Made by a program: the position numbers and the translations under genes
Shown here: piece by piece, positions 18,975-28,805 of the stretch
How positions within the stretch are numbered: position 1 is the stretch's first letter
How the letters are laid out: each line of letters begins with the position of its first letter
The notes under the pieces: model-generated
The model's database searches: none
Told to the model about the DNA's origin: nothing
The model's input: only the letters and a program-made list of their open reading frames with translations
NCBI GenBank assembly: GCA_964448115.1
Contig: CAYUVA010000016.1
Span: 1-64,000 of the forward strand
Origin: an uncultured bacterium
Lineage (GTDB): Bacteria; CAYUVA01
Direction of reading: 5' to 3'
Length of the DNA: 64,000 nt

Positions 18975-20126
18975 ATGGAGAATCTCCAGAATAAATACCG
19001 CGTATCAGCCACAAAGTGCGATCGCTATGAGCTGCCATTGCTCAAAGAGAAGATAGCGCTGCTTTTAGAGCTTATAGGGGGGGCAGACCAGTTCTTCAAA
19101 CATGGAAGCAAGGTTTTGCTCAAGCCCAACCTGCTACTTGCCAGGGAGCCTGAAAAGGGGGTTACCACCCATCCAGCGGTCGTAGGGGCGGTTGCTGAGC
19201 TGGCGCTAGATCACGGTGCCAAGGTCAGCATCGGGGACAGCCCCTCCGGCGGGCTTAAGAGCATGGATAAGCTATGGGCTAAAACGGGCGTGAGCAGTAT
19301 GGCAAGGAAATACGGTGTTCCCCTCTTGAACCTGGAGAAATATGGCGTCGAGGCTAGGGATATCAACTTTGGCGACCTTAAGAAGGTCTATATATCCAAG
19401 GCGGTGCTCGAAAGCGATCTCGTGGTCAATCTGCCAAAATTGAAAACACACAACCTTACTATAATAACCCTTGCGATGAAGAATTCTTATGGCTGCCTGC
19501 CCGGTTTCCAGAAACCCCAATTGCACAGCATGTTCAGCAATGCAGCCATTTTTGGCGCCCTCGTCGCCAGGATACACGCGTTGATCGAGCCGGGCTTGAA
19601 CATAATGGATGGGATACTCGGCATGGATGGAAGGGGTCCGACCACGGGAGATCCCTACTGGGCGAAGATGCTTCTTGCCTCCGATAATGCCCTGGCAATG
19701 GATATGCTACTCGCAACACTAATGGGGATCAATCCCATGAAGATCGAAAGCATCACCGAAGGTATAAAGCTAGGAGTTGGACCTGGCGATCTATCCCAGG
19801 TCGAGCTTGTCGGTGGTAACATGGAGGATTTTAGGCTGGCTGGCTTCAAGGTGCCTAGCAATAAGGCTATGCGCCTGATGCCCAACCTGGTCGGTCGGGT
19901 CATGAGCCATTTCTTCTGGGTTTATCCCCAGGTCGATCCGCTCAAGTGCACCCTGTGCAAGGAGTGCATCAAGATCTGTCCTACGGGGTCGATCAGCGAG
20001 GTACATGATGCTGCTTTCGTTGAGCGCAAGACATGTATTACCTGTTTCTGCTGTGTCGAGACCTGCGAGTATGAGTCGATCGAAGTAAAAACCAGCCTGG
20101 CAGCCAGGAGGTTCTTGAGTCAATAG
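18975..20126 (+). CDS. DUF362 domain protein with C-terminal 2[4Fe-4S] ferredoxin domain
   Basis: VLLKPNLL, TTHP, GDSP, NLPKLKTH and MKN, followed by CTLCKECIKICP and CITCFCCVETC. Confidence 0.88.
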   Translation: MENLQNKYRVSATKCDRYELPLLKEKIALLLELIGGADQFFKHGSKVLLKPNLLLAREPEKGVTTHPAVVGAVAELALDHGAKVSIGDSPSGGLKSMDKLWAKTGVSSMARKYGVPLLNLEKYGVEARDINFGDLKKVYISKAVLESDLVVNLPKLKTHNLTIITLAMKNSYGCLPGFQKPQLHSMFSNAAIFGALVARIHALIEPGLNIMDGILGMDGRGPTTGDPYWAKMLLASDNALAMDMLLATLMGINPMKIESITEGIKLGVGPGDLSQVELVGGNMEDFRLAGFKVPSNKAMRLMPNLVGRVMSHFFWVYPQVDPLKCTLCKECIKICPTGSISEVHDAAFVERKTCITCFCCVETCEYESIEVKTSLAARRFLSQ

Positions 20127-20302
20127 AGCCGTTTGCTTCAATAAAATTGACTACAGTATTTGGGTGATCGACTCTTTCTTTTTTGCGCTTTTGGGTGAGC
20201 ATCTTTTCCAGCCTTGAAATTATGCTAGATGTAAGATAATGATAACAGCAACTATGAAACACCTAGGACTAAGAATACCTGACACGAAAAGGGGATGATA
20301 AG

Positions 20303-21445
20303 ATGGAGCTTTGTCTAAACCAAGAATTGCAAGAGTTCAAGGAGTGGATAAAGAGACTTGCCGATAAGGAGATCGCACCCTGGGTTACGCCAGAGCGCGA
20401 GGCTGCAGGGGAATTCGATAAGGATAATTGGCATCGTCTTTGCAGGGAGGGTTTGCTAGGGCTTGTGATACCAAAGCAGTACGGGGGGCTGGAAAAGGAC
20501 TACTTCCACTATGTCATCGCCATGGAGGAAATCTCCAGGGCTAATGCAGCGCTAGGCACCATCTACGATGTGCACTGTTCCCTGGTACTGGAGATACTGC
20601 TTCGTTTTTGCAGCGATGAACATAAGAGAAAATACATTCCGCCGCTTTTGAGTGGCGAGAAGATGGCTGCCTTCTGTCTGACCGAGCCTGACGCTGGCTC
20701 CGATGCAGGGGCTGGTCGCACCAAGGCTGTCAAACAGGGTGATGCTTATGTGATAAATGGGCATAAGCACTTCATTATGAACGCGCAACTGGCTGATTTT
20801 TATATAGTTTTTGCCAAGACCGATCCAGAGGCAGGTGCGAAGGGGATCTCTGCCTTTATCGTTGAGCGCGATAATCCCGGAGTCAAGGTTGGCAAGGACT
20901 TCGACAAGATGGGCATACGAACCAGCTATACTGGCGAGGTCTATTTCGATGATTGCGAGGTTTCGGATGATAACCTGATTGGCAAGGAAGGGATCGGCTT
21001 CAAGATCGCCATGACTGCACTCGACTACGGAAGGATGGGCATTGGAGCGCAATCGGTCGGCGTTGCCCAGGCTGCGCTCGATGAGTCGATCGCCTTTGCT
21101 AAGCAGCGGGTCCAGTTTGGCAAGCCGATCGCCCAGCAGCAGGCTATCCAGTGGATGATCGCCGAGATGTGGACTGAGATAAATGGCGCCAGGCTAATGA
21201 CTTACCAGGTGGCTGACCTTGCCACCAGGAATCAGCGCTTCAGCGTGGAGGCTGCCATGGCAAAACTCCAGGCATCCGATGTGGCTGTGCGCTGCACCCG
21301 CAAGGCTCTACAGATACATGGCGGATACGGATTCATGAAGGACTTCAAGGTGGAAAGGCTCTACAGGGATGCCAAGATCATGGAGATCTACGAGGGAACC
21401 TCTGAGATCCAGAAGCTCATCATCTCAGGTGCATTGCTAAGGTAA
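20303..21445 (+). CDS. Acyl-CoA dehydrogenase (butyryl-CoA dehydrogenase-like)
   Basis: FCLTEPDAGSDA, KMGIR, RVQFGKPI, QIHGGYG and YRDAKIMEIYEGTSEIQ. Confidence 0.95.
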   Translation: MELCLNQELQEFKEWIKRLADKEIAPWVTPEREAAGEFDKDNWHRLCREGLLGLVIPKQYGGLEKDYFHYVIAMEEISRANAALGTIYDVHCSLVLEILLRFCSDEHKRKYIPPLLSGEKMAAFCLTEPDAGSDAGAGRTKAVKQGDAYVINGHKHFIMNAQLADFYIVFAKTDPEAGAKGISAFIVERDNPGVKVGKDFDKMGIRTSYTGEVYFDDCEVSDDNLIGKEGIGFKIAMTALDYGRMGIGAQSVGVAQAALDESIAFAKQRVQFGKPIAQQQAIQWMIAEMWTEINGARLMTYQVADLATRNQRFSVEAAMAKLQASDVAVRCTRKALQIHGGYGFMKDFKVERLYRDAKIMEIYEGTSEIQKLIISGALLR

Positions 21446-21484
21446 TAAGAATACAACATAAAAAAATCAAGGGAGTTGGATATC

Positions 21485-22618
21485 ATGGACTTCGATCTCC
21501 CCAAGCAGATCAAGCTGGTGCAACGAACCACCTTTAACTTTGCCAAGGAGGTAATCGCTCCCCTGGTCGATCAGATGGAGCAGGATGGCAAGTTTCCCCA
21601 GCAATTGATCAAGCAGATGGGCGACCTCGGGCTGCTCGGCTTGATTACACCAAAGAAATATGGCGGTTCTGAGCTTGGATTTCTGGCAAGGACAGTTGCA
21701 CTGGAGCAGATAGGTCGCATCTCGGCTGCGGTCGGTTTATCCCTCCAGGTGCACCACATGGGGGCAGCAGCCATCGATGACTGGGGTAACGAGAAGCAAA
21801 AGGAGCGCTTCCTCCCTACCCTGGTCAGCGGCGAGCAGCTCGGAGTTTGCGCGGTAACCGAGCCGACCGGTGGATCCGATTTATTAGGCATGACCAGCAC
21901 GGCTTTGCCATACAAGGATGGATATAAGCTAAATGGCAGGAAGTGCTTCATCACCAATGCGCATCTATGCAATACACCGGTTATCATTGCTAAGACCGGA
22001 GCCGGGGCGCGGGGACTTAGCGCCTTCATCATTGAGAAAGGATGCGAGGGATTCGCTGCCGGGCACGAGGAGAACAAGGTCGGATTGCGTGGAGCTGATA
22101 CCGGCGAGCTTATTTACAAGGATTGCTTTGTGCCTAAGGCTAATCTCATTGGCGATGAAGGCGAGGGGATCAAGGTCGCACTTAAAACTATCAGCGAGGT
22201 CGGTCGTCCCGGCATCGCCGCTGTCGCTCTCGGTGTGCTTCAGGCATGCCTCGATGAGGCGGTGAAATTCGCCAATGAAAGGATGCTCTACGGAAGACCC
22301 ATAGCACAGCTACAGGCTATCCAGTGGCATATCTCCGATATCTACTCGGACCTTGAGGCTGCTCGGTTGCTTTGTTATCGAGCATCCTGGCTAAAGGACA
22401 AGGGGAGGGATTGTGCCACGGAGATGACCCATGCCAAGGTATTCGCTACCGAAGCAGCGGTACGCGCTGCCCAAAAGGCTATCGAGATACACGGCGGAGC
22501 TGGAATCATGATCGAATACCCGGTGCAACGATACTGGCGCGATGCAATGGTGCTTATCTCCGCGGGGGGAACTACCGAGATAGGCAAGATTGTTATCTCA
22601 AGATCTGTGCTTAGTTGA
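21485..22618 (+). CDS. Acyl-CoA dehydrogenase (second paralog)
   Basis: AVTEPTGGSD, KVGLRG, EIHGGAG and ISAGGTTEI. The Glu of the usual IYEG motif is absent. ATG 21485 follows GGGAG (the track start is TTG 21476). Confidence 0.92.
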   Translation: MDFDLPKQIKLVQRTTFNFAKEVIAPLVDQMEQDGKFPQQLIKQMGDLGLLGLITPKKYGGSELGFLARTVALEQIGRISAAVGLSLQVHHMGAAAIDDWGNEKQKERFLPTLVSGEQLGVCAVTEPTGGSDLLGMTSTALPYKDGYKLNGRKCFITNAHLCNTPVIIAKTGAGARGLSAFIIEKGCEGFAAGHEENKVGLRGADTGELIYKDCFVPKANLIGDEGEGIKVALKTISEVGRPGIAAVALGVLQACLDEAVKFANERMLYGRPIAQLQAIQWHISDIYSDLEAARLLCYRASWLKDKGRDCATEMTHAKVFATEAAVRAAQKAIEIHGGAGIMIEYPVQRYWRDAMVLISAGGTTEIGKIVISRSVLS

Positions 22619-22631
22619 GGAGGGAATCTGC

Positions 22632-23456
22632 ATGAAAAATCTAAATATCATCGTATTTATAAAGCCTGTACCGGATCCGAATGGTTGGGATAAGCTCAAG
22701 CTGGACGAGGAGACCTTGCTCTTGGAGCGCGACAAGGTGCCGCCGGTGATAAATCCGATGGATCGCAATGCGCTTGAGGCTGCTATCCAAATAAAGGCAA
22801 AGCATGGCGGCACGGTCAGCGTTGCCACCATGGCTCCGCCAAGCGCACAGGAGCAGCTATTAGAGGCGCTTGCCATGGGCGCTGACCATGCTTATTTGCT
22901 TACCGATAGAGCATTTGCCGGCGCTGATACGCTTGCTACCGCCAAGGTTCTTTCCGCAGCGGTTCATAAGATAGTCGAGACCTTGTTTGAGGCAACTGGC
23001 TTTGACCTTATCCTATGCGGCGCATATTCGCTGGATGGAAGCACATCATCGGTTGGTCCCCAGGTGGCGGAGCTTCTCGGTATCCCGGAGTTAACGCATG
23101 TGATCGCTTATGAACTTATCGATTCAAAGATCCAGGCTCACTGCCGCATAGAGGGAGCCACTGTCGTTTACGAGGCAGACCTCCCCGCGCTTCTCACCCT
23201 TGACAAGGAGGTAAATAAACCGCGACCAGCAAGAATGATGGGCATAAAAGATGCCCTCGATAAAGGGATCACCACTTGGGATAAAAAAGATCTCCATTTG
23301 AAAGCAAGCGAGATCGGGCTTGCCGGCTCCCCAACCCAGATGCTTAATATATTCGCTCCCGAAGCAAGGCGAAAAGGTGAGATCATGCAGGGAACTACCG
23401 CCGAGATGGTTGAGAAACTTGTCAATAAACTACGGGAACAGAGGTTGATCCGATGA
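22632..23456 (+). CDS. etfB: Electron transfer flavoprotein beta subunit
   Basis: VFIKPVPD, INPMDRNALEAA, AMGAD, FAGADTLATA and GLAGSPT. SD GAGGAGG precedes ATG 22632. Confidence 0.93.
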   Translation: MKNLNIIVFIKPVPDPNGWDKLKLDEETLLLERDKVPPVINPMDRNALEAAIQIKAKHGGTVSVATMAPPSAQEQLLEALAMGADHAYLLTDRAFAGADTLATAKVLSAAVHKIVETLFEATGFDLILCGAYSLDGSTSSVGPQVAELLGIPELTHVIAYELIDSKIQAHCRIEGATVVYEADLPALLTLDKEVNKPRPARMMGIKDALDKGITTWDKKDLHLKASEIGLAGSPTQMLNIFAPEARRKGEIMQGTTAEMVEKLVNKLREQRLIR

Positions 23457-25948
23457 ACAAGGGGGACTCAAAGGTGGCTACTAATAAAGGAAAGAACGCG
23501 ATTTGGATATATGCCTCACACAGCGATGGCAAGGTTGATGATGTGGTGCTGGAGCTTCTGGGCAAGGGACAGCAATTGGCAAGGATAACTGCTACGCCCC
23601 TCCAAGCGATCATCATCGGCAGCGAGGTGAGACAGCTTGCCGAGAAGCTCATCGAGTATGGAGCAGAGACGGTCTATGTTATAGACGATACGAAACTTGG
23701 TGAGTTGGATACCTCCCTTTATGCTGCTGTAATAGCCGAGATGGCTGGGAGATATAAGCCTAATGTGCTTCTCATGGGCGCAGACAACCGAAATGCTGCC
23801 TTGGCTGCTCGAACTGCGGCTCGACTCGGAACCGGCTTGAGCGCTCATTGCGTGGATCTCAAGTTCGATGGCGACAAGCTGGTACAGACAGTGCCCGGCT
23901 TCGGAGGCAATATCCTGGCAAATATAATATGCCCCAAGCGTAAACCGCAGATGGCGACAGTTATGCCCGGAGTCTTTATGCCTGTGCGTCTTAAAGCAAA
24001 GGGAGCAAGGATCCAGCAAGTGAAGATGCCAACATTGAAGGATATAAGAACCTGCCGGATTGTAAAGGTTATCAAGGACAAGCCGGGCAAGGCTGATGAT
24101 TTAACCAAAGCATCGATAGTGGTAGCAGGCGGATATGGAGTGGGATCAAAAAAGAACTGGAAGCAGGTGGAAAAACTAGCCGAGTTACTAGGTGCCTCGG
24201 TCGGCGCTACAAGACCTCCAGTTGACGAGGGCTGGGCTGGTATTGATCAGATGATCGGCGCTAGCGGTAAATACATCAGCCCCAAACTATACATCGCTCT
24301 TGGCATCAGCGGCATGATGCACCACACGGTCGGCATCACCAGATCTGACACCATAGTAGCTATAAACAACGATCCCAACGCACCAATCTTCAAGATGGCT
24401 GATTATGGCATGGTCGGTGATTTAAGGCAGGTGCTCCCTACCCTGATCGGTTACCTTGAGACCGGCAAAGGGATCGCTGAGCCGATCCAAGCACCTGATT
24501 ACACGCGGACTCCTGATGCATACAAAGAAAGCCTGCGTTCTATGCGCCCCAATATGTATAAGTTCGGCAGGCTCATCGAAGATCCGGTCGAGGATCCGTT
24601 GACCCGTAGAACCGTTGAAGGACATAGCCAGATCTTCAAGGCTGGATACGATCCTAAGTACCAGGAGCTGGTTACAACTATCAGCCACCTGACTGGCAAG
24701 CGCATCTCAAGATATCTATCGGTGATTCGCTCGGTAGATGACATGGTCTCCAACTGTCGCATGAAGCGTTTGATGTTCAATCTGACCGGCACTTGCACCG
24801 GCGGTAGATGCGCGGGGTGGAATGCGATGAATGCGCTCTGGTCTATCTCCTGGGAGATGGATAGGGATCTGGGAACCAACTACCACCAGCGACTTACTGA
24901 ATGGCTCATCGATGCTCAGAGCCGTGATATAACCCTAGCCGGCGCCTTAACCGACGCGAAGGGACACCGCAAGCTTCCCCCGTCAAGGCAAAGCGACCCG
25001 GATATGTACCTGCACGTGGTGAAGCGCCTCAGGGACGGCATAATAGTGCGTGGCGCCAAGATAATGATCTGCGGGATCGCCGCTGCCAATGAGATCTTCG
25101 TAATGCCTACCACCGCGCTGCGCAGATCCGATGCTGATTATGCGGTCGCCTTTGCTTTGCCCAAGGATGCAGAGGGGCTTACCATCGTCGAGACCAGAAG
25201 ACCATCCGATGAGCGCGAGCTGGAGGATGGATTCGATATACCGGTGGACAAAGGTGGCATAACCCAGGCATACCTTTTCTTTGAGGATGTTTTTGTCCCT
25301 TACGAGCGCGTGTTTATGTGCGGTGAATATTCTTACGCTGGCGAGGCGGTCTATCGCTTCACCCTCCCCTATCGTTCAGCCATTGGCGGCTGCGTTGCCG
25401 GGCAGGGCGATGTCATGGTCGGCGCTGCCATCCTAATCGCCAGAGCTAACGGACTGCCGGAAAAGACCTTTAGGGATAAACTGGTGCAGATGATAATCAA
25501 TAATGAGACCACCTTTGGAATGGGCTTGGCTGCCTCGGTGATGGGCACACAGCATCCCTCGGGATCCTGGATACCGAATCCTATAATCGCCAATGTCAAC
25601 AAGGTACATGTGGCTACCCTGCCTTACGAGACCAAGCGCTTGCTGCAGGACATCGCCGGTGGCATCGGCGAGACCGGCTGCATGCCATCATACAAGGATA
25701 TGCTTGACAGCCGCTATGGACACCTGATCCGCAAGTATTTAAAGGCGCACTCACCAGCTGAGACCAGGATGCGCATAGCCCGGCTCATCGAGTGGCTGAC
25801 CATCGGAGCCGGCGTCCCCGGCTGCATGCACGGCGGAGGCTCGCCGGATGGAGCAAAGATGGTTATCTGGGCAAAGAGCGAATTCGATGAGTTTATAAAG
25901 CTTGCAAAGGAGCTAGGCAATATCTCGGATATATCATTGGGGGGATGA
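23453..25948 (+). CDS. Fusion of ETF alpha subunit with a 4-hydroxybutyryl-CoA dehydratase/HpaB-family domain
   Basis: About aa 1-335 is EtfA (VVAGGYG, GATRPPVD, PKLYIALGISG, AINNDPNAPIF). From about nt 24505 it is AbfD-like (AYKESLRSMR, CTGGRC, TDAKGHR, DPDMYLHVV, GIIVRGAK, MHGGGSP). One continuous frame. Confidence 0.88.
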   Translation: MNKGDSKVATNKGKNAIWIYASHSDGKVDDVVLELLGKGQQLARITATPLQAIIIGSEVRQLAEKLIEYGAETVYVIDDTKLGELDTSLYAAVIAEMAGRYKPNVLLMGADNRNAALAARTAARLGTGLSAHCVDLKFDGDKLVQTVPGFGGNILANIICPKRKPQMATVMPGVFMPVRLKAKGARIQQVKMPTLKDIRTCRIVKVIKDKPGKADDLTKASIVVAGGYGVGSKKNWKQVEKLAELLGASVGATRPPVDEGWAGIDQMIGASGKYISPKLYIALGISGMMHHTVGITRSDTIVAINNDPNAPIFKMADYGMVGDLRQVLPTLIGYLETGKGIAEPIQAPDYTRTPDAYKESLRSMRPNMYKFGRLIEDPVEDPLTRRTVEGHSQIFKAGYDPKYQELVTTISHLTGKRISRYLSVIRSVDDMVSNCRMKRLMFNLTGTCTGGRCAGWNAMNALWSISWEMDRDLGTNYHQRLTEWLIDAQSRDITLAGALTDAKGHRKLPPSRQSDPDMYLHVVKRLRDGIIVRGAKIMICGIAAANEIFVMPTTALRRSDADYAVAFALPKDAEGLTIVETRRPSDERELEDGFDIPVDKGGITQAYLFFEDVFVPYERVFMCGEYSYAGEAVYRFTLPYRSAIGGCVAGQGDVMVGAAILIARANGLPEKTFRDKLVQMIINNETTFGMGLAASVMGTQHPSGSWIPNPIIANVNKVHVATLPYETKRLLQDIAGGIGETGCMPSYKDMLDSRYGHLIRKYLKAHSPAETRMRIARLIEWLTIGAGVPGCMHGGGSPDGAKMVIWAKSEFDEFIKLAKELGNISDISLGG

Positions 25949-26003
25949 AGGCTTGAGGCTTGAGACTGACACGGTTCATCTAAGATATTTTTATCAGAAT
26001 TCT

Positions 26004-26082
26004 TGGATTCCCGCCTGTGCGGTAATGACGAAAATACGGAAATTACTGCCCCTCTTGTCATGCCCGCGAAGGCGGGCATCCA
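26004..26082. repeat. Inverted pair of REP-like palindromic units
   Basis: TGGATTCCCGCCTGTGCGGTAATGAC (26004-26029) and GTCATGCCCGCGAAGGCGGGCATCCA (26057-26082) are near reverse complements, and each is itself a hairpin. Confidence 0.85.
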
Positions 26083-26199
26083 GTATTTTAAGTACCAAGT
26101 TAATAGTATTAAACTTATAGATTTTTGAAATATCAAGACACAAAGACCCAAAGAAGAGAACTGGTAATCGGTTAATAACAAACCTACGAGGGACACCAA

Positions 26200-27984
26200 A
26201 TGCTGGAAGAGCTAGCCAACCTGACCCTGGATGAGGTGCTGGAATATACCAGCCAGAAGTCCCCTGGCAAGATCGCCTTGATCGAGGGGAACAAGACAAT
26301 AACTTACTCTATGTTGAGCGAGCGCGTCAATTGCCTGGCAAACTCACTGGCAGCTTTTGGGATAAAGCCGGGGGATACTATCGCCCTTTTCCTCAATAAA
26401 GGCATTGAACTGCCAGAGACCTTCCTCGCATCGGCTACCTGCGGGGCACTGGTGGCGCCAGTCAACTTCAACCTCACCATAAATGGCATAATGGATATGC
26501 TCCAGGAGATAGAGCCAAAGGTCGTGATCACGCACGATGAATTCCTTGAGGCGGTGCAGGCTCTAAGGCAGCATTTCAACTTCACCCCAATCGTTGCGGG
26601 TAAAGCAAACCTCCCTGATGGATATTTATCCTATGAAGAATTGATATCCAAAGGCGCACCGGTCAGGCTGCGAATCACCAGTGATCCGGACACGCCGATC
26701 TATCTCAACTATACAAGCGGCACCACTGGACGACCAAAGGGAGTGATTACCACCCACCGCATGATCGGATACAATACCATTTCAGCTATCGAGGCTCTGG
26801 AGTTATCGGTAAATGACATTCACCTGGTTACCTTTGCTGCTTTTTCGCACCCTCATGAGTTTTTTGCCCGCGCCCTTTATCTCGGTGGAAGCGCGGTGAT
26901 GCTTGACAGCATCTATCCCAAGTCTATCTCGGAGTGTATTGAAAAACACAAAGTTACCTGCCTGATGGCTGTTCCCCCTATCCTCAAGCTGTTGACTCCC
27001 TTTGGCAAAAGCGGCCGATACGACTACTCTACCTTGCACCTGGTTGAAGCTGGTGGGATGCCGACTCCGCCTGAGCTATTTACTGATTTCAAGCGCCACT
27101 TCGGTATCGAGATAACCCCGGTGTGGGGTTCTACCGAGACCAGCGGCATTGCATTCGCAACTCCCAAAGGTTGCTACCGGGAAAACTCGGCAGGGAAAAT
27201 CTGCCCCTACTATCGATTTAAGGTCATCGATGATAAGCACGATCCAGTACCGCTCGGGCAGGTTGGCGAGCTGGTCATTTCAGGAGCGGCGGTTGTAAAG
27301 GAGTACTTCAAGCAACCCAAGGCGACCAAGGAGTCGATCCAGAAGGGCTGGTTTTTCACCGGCGACCTGGTAACCGTGGATGAGGATGGCTACATCTATT
27401 TTGCAGGCAGAAAGAGCGGCATGATCAAGGTCAGCGGTCTAAAGGTGTTTCCCAAGGAGATCGAGGATGTCCTTTTTAGCCATCCTAAGGTCGAGGAAGT
27501 GGCGGTTGTCGGTATCGATGACCCGCTTAAGGGAGAGGTTCCCAAAGCCTTTGTGGTTCTCAAAGAAACCGAGCAAGCCACCGCTGCGGAGCTTATTGAC
27601 TATGCTGCCAAGTTCCTGCCTCACTACAAGATTCCCAAGCAGATCGAATTCAGGTTCAACCTCCCTAGAATTGGAGCTGGAAAGATCGATAGAAAAGCGC
27701 TTCTAAAGCCAGTTGAGGATCAGCAGAAGGAAGCTAGGCTGCATGAGCTTAAGGAAAGGCTCAACCGAATAGATCTCCATATACTCCAATTACTAAACGA
27801 ACACTTTAAGATCTCGCAGGGAATTATCGAATTTCTCAGGGGAAATAATATGCCGCTTTACATTCCAGAGATAGAGGAAGAACTGATCAGAAACATACTG
27901 GGACATAACTCCGGTCCCTTGCATGATGAGATAATCGAGGAGATATTCCGCAAGATCCTTTCAAGTATGGATTTTTATAAATAA
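26200..27984 (+). CDS. AMP-binding acyl/aryl-CoA ligase with C-terminal chorismate-mutase (AroQ)-like domain
   Basis: YTSGTTGRPKG, WGSTETSG, TGDL, GRKSGMIKVSG and GKIDRK. The tail from 27739 (LHELKERLNRIDLHILQLLNE..GPLHDEIIEEIFRKI) follows the AroQ helical pattern. Confidence 0.88.
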   Translation: MLEELANLTLDEVLEYTSQKSPGKIALIEGNKTITYSMLSERVNCLANSLAAFGIKPGDTIALFLNKGIELPETFLASATCGALVAPVNFNLTINGIMDMLQEIEPKVVITHDEFLEAVQALRQHFNFTPIVAGKANLPDGYLSYEELISKGAPVRLRITSDPDTPIYLNYTSGTTGRPKGVITTHRMIGYNTISAIEALELSVNDIHLVTFAAFSHPHEFFARALYLGGSAVMLDSIYPKSISECIEKHKVTCLMAVPPILKLLTPFGKSGRYDYSTLHLVEAGGMPTPPELFTDFKRHFGIEITPVWGSTETSGIAFATPKGCYRENSAGKICPYYRFKVIDDKHDPVPLGQVGELVISGAAVVKEYFKQPKATKESIQKGWFFTGDLVTVDEDGYIYFAGRKSGMIKVSGLKVFPKEIEDVLFSHPKVEEVAVVGIDDPLKGEVPKAFVVLKETEQATAAELIDYAAKFLPHYKIPKQIEFRFNLPRIGAGKIDRKALLKPVEDQQKEARLHELKERLNRIDLHILQLLNEHFKISQGIIEFLRGNNMPLYIPEIEEELIRNILGHNSGPLHDEIIEEIFRKILSSMDFYK

Positions 27985-27998
27985 AATAAAGCCGTTAA

Positions 27999-28805
27999 AT
28001 GGATAAAAAGGTTAAAGGCAGCAGCCGTCAACCGCTGCGCATCAAGAATGTCGAGTTCAATGCCCAGACCAGGGTCATAATCGCCGGTCCCTGCGCGGTG
28101 GAGAGCTATGAGCAATACCGCACCATCGCCCAGTTCCTGTCCTCGATTGGGGTCAGGTTCATGCGCGGCGGCGCCTTCAAGCCAAGAAGCTCACCATACA
28201 GCTTCCAGGGACTGGAGGAGAAAGGGATGGAGATAATCAAGGCGGTTGGCGACGAATTCGGCATGGCGACCGTCTCCGAGGTGCTCGATGAGCGAAGCCT
28301 GAAGGTGGCTGTAGATCATGTTGACATGCTCCAGGTAGGTGCCCGTAACATGGACAACTACTCCCTTTTGAAGATGGTCGGAGCCAGTGGCAAGCCGGTG
28401 CTTTTGAAGCGCGGTTTCATGGCAAAGATCGAGGAATTTCTGCTCGCAGCCGAGTACCTCTTCGCCCAGGGCAACGATCAGGTGGTGCTCTGTGAGCGTG
28501 GCATACGAACCTTTGAGGATATGACGCGAAATACGCTCGATCTGGCTGCTATTGCCCTGATAAAGAAACTATCCTCCAATCTTATCATCGCGGATCCGAG
28601 CCATGGAACCGGTCGAGCGGACATCATTCCCCAGATGGCAAGGGCTGCCCTGGTCGCCGGCGCAGACGGGCTTATCATAGAGGTTCACAACAATCCGAAA
28701 AAAGCGCTTAGCGACGGGCTGCAATCGCTCGATTTCGATACCTTTGCTCGTCTCTACGAGGATCTGCATAAAACCGCTGAATTCATGGGAGTAAGGCTTT
28801 CATGA
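27999..28805 (+). CDS. aroF: 3-deoxy-7-phosphoheptulonate (DAHP) synthase, type I-beta, with no regulatory extension
   Basis: IAGPCAVES, RGGAFKPRSSPYSFQG (not the KANRS of KDO8P synthase), QVGARNM, LLKRG, CERGIRTF, DPSHGTG and EVH..P..ALSDG. Confidence 0.93.
   Translation: MDKKVKGSSRQPLRIKNVEFNAQTRVIIAGPCAVESYEQYRTIAQFLSSIGVRFMRGGAFKPRSSPYSFQGLEEKGMEIIKAVGDEFGMATVSEVLDERSLKVAVDHVDMLQVGARNMDNYSLLKMVGASGKPVLLKRGFMAKIEEFLLAAEYLFAQGNDQVVLCERGIRTFEDMTRNTLDLAAIALIKKLSSNLIIADPSHGTGRADIIPQMARAALVAGADGLIIEVHNNPKKALSDGLQSLDFDTFARLYEDLHKTAEFMGVRLS

Noticed and set aside
25714-26299. Minus-strand ORFs containing WMPAFAGMT / LDARLRGHD
   Set aside because: These peptides are translations of the REP-like repeat, not real genes.
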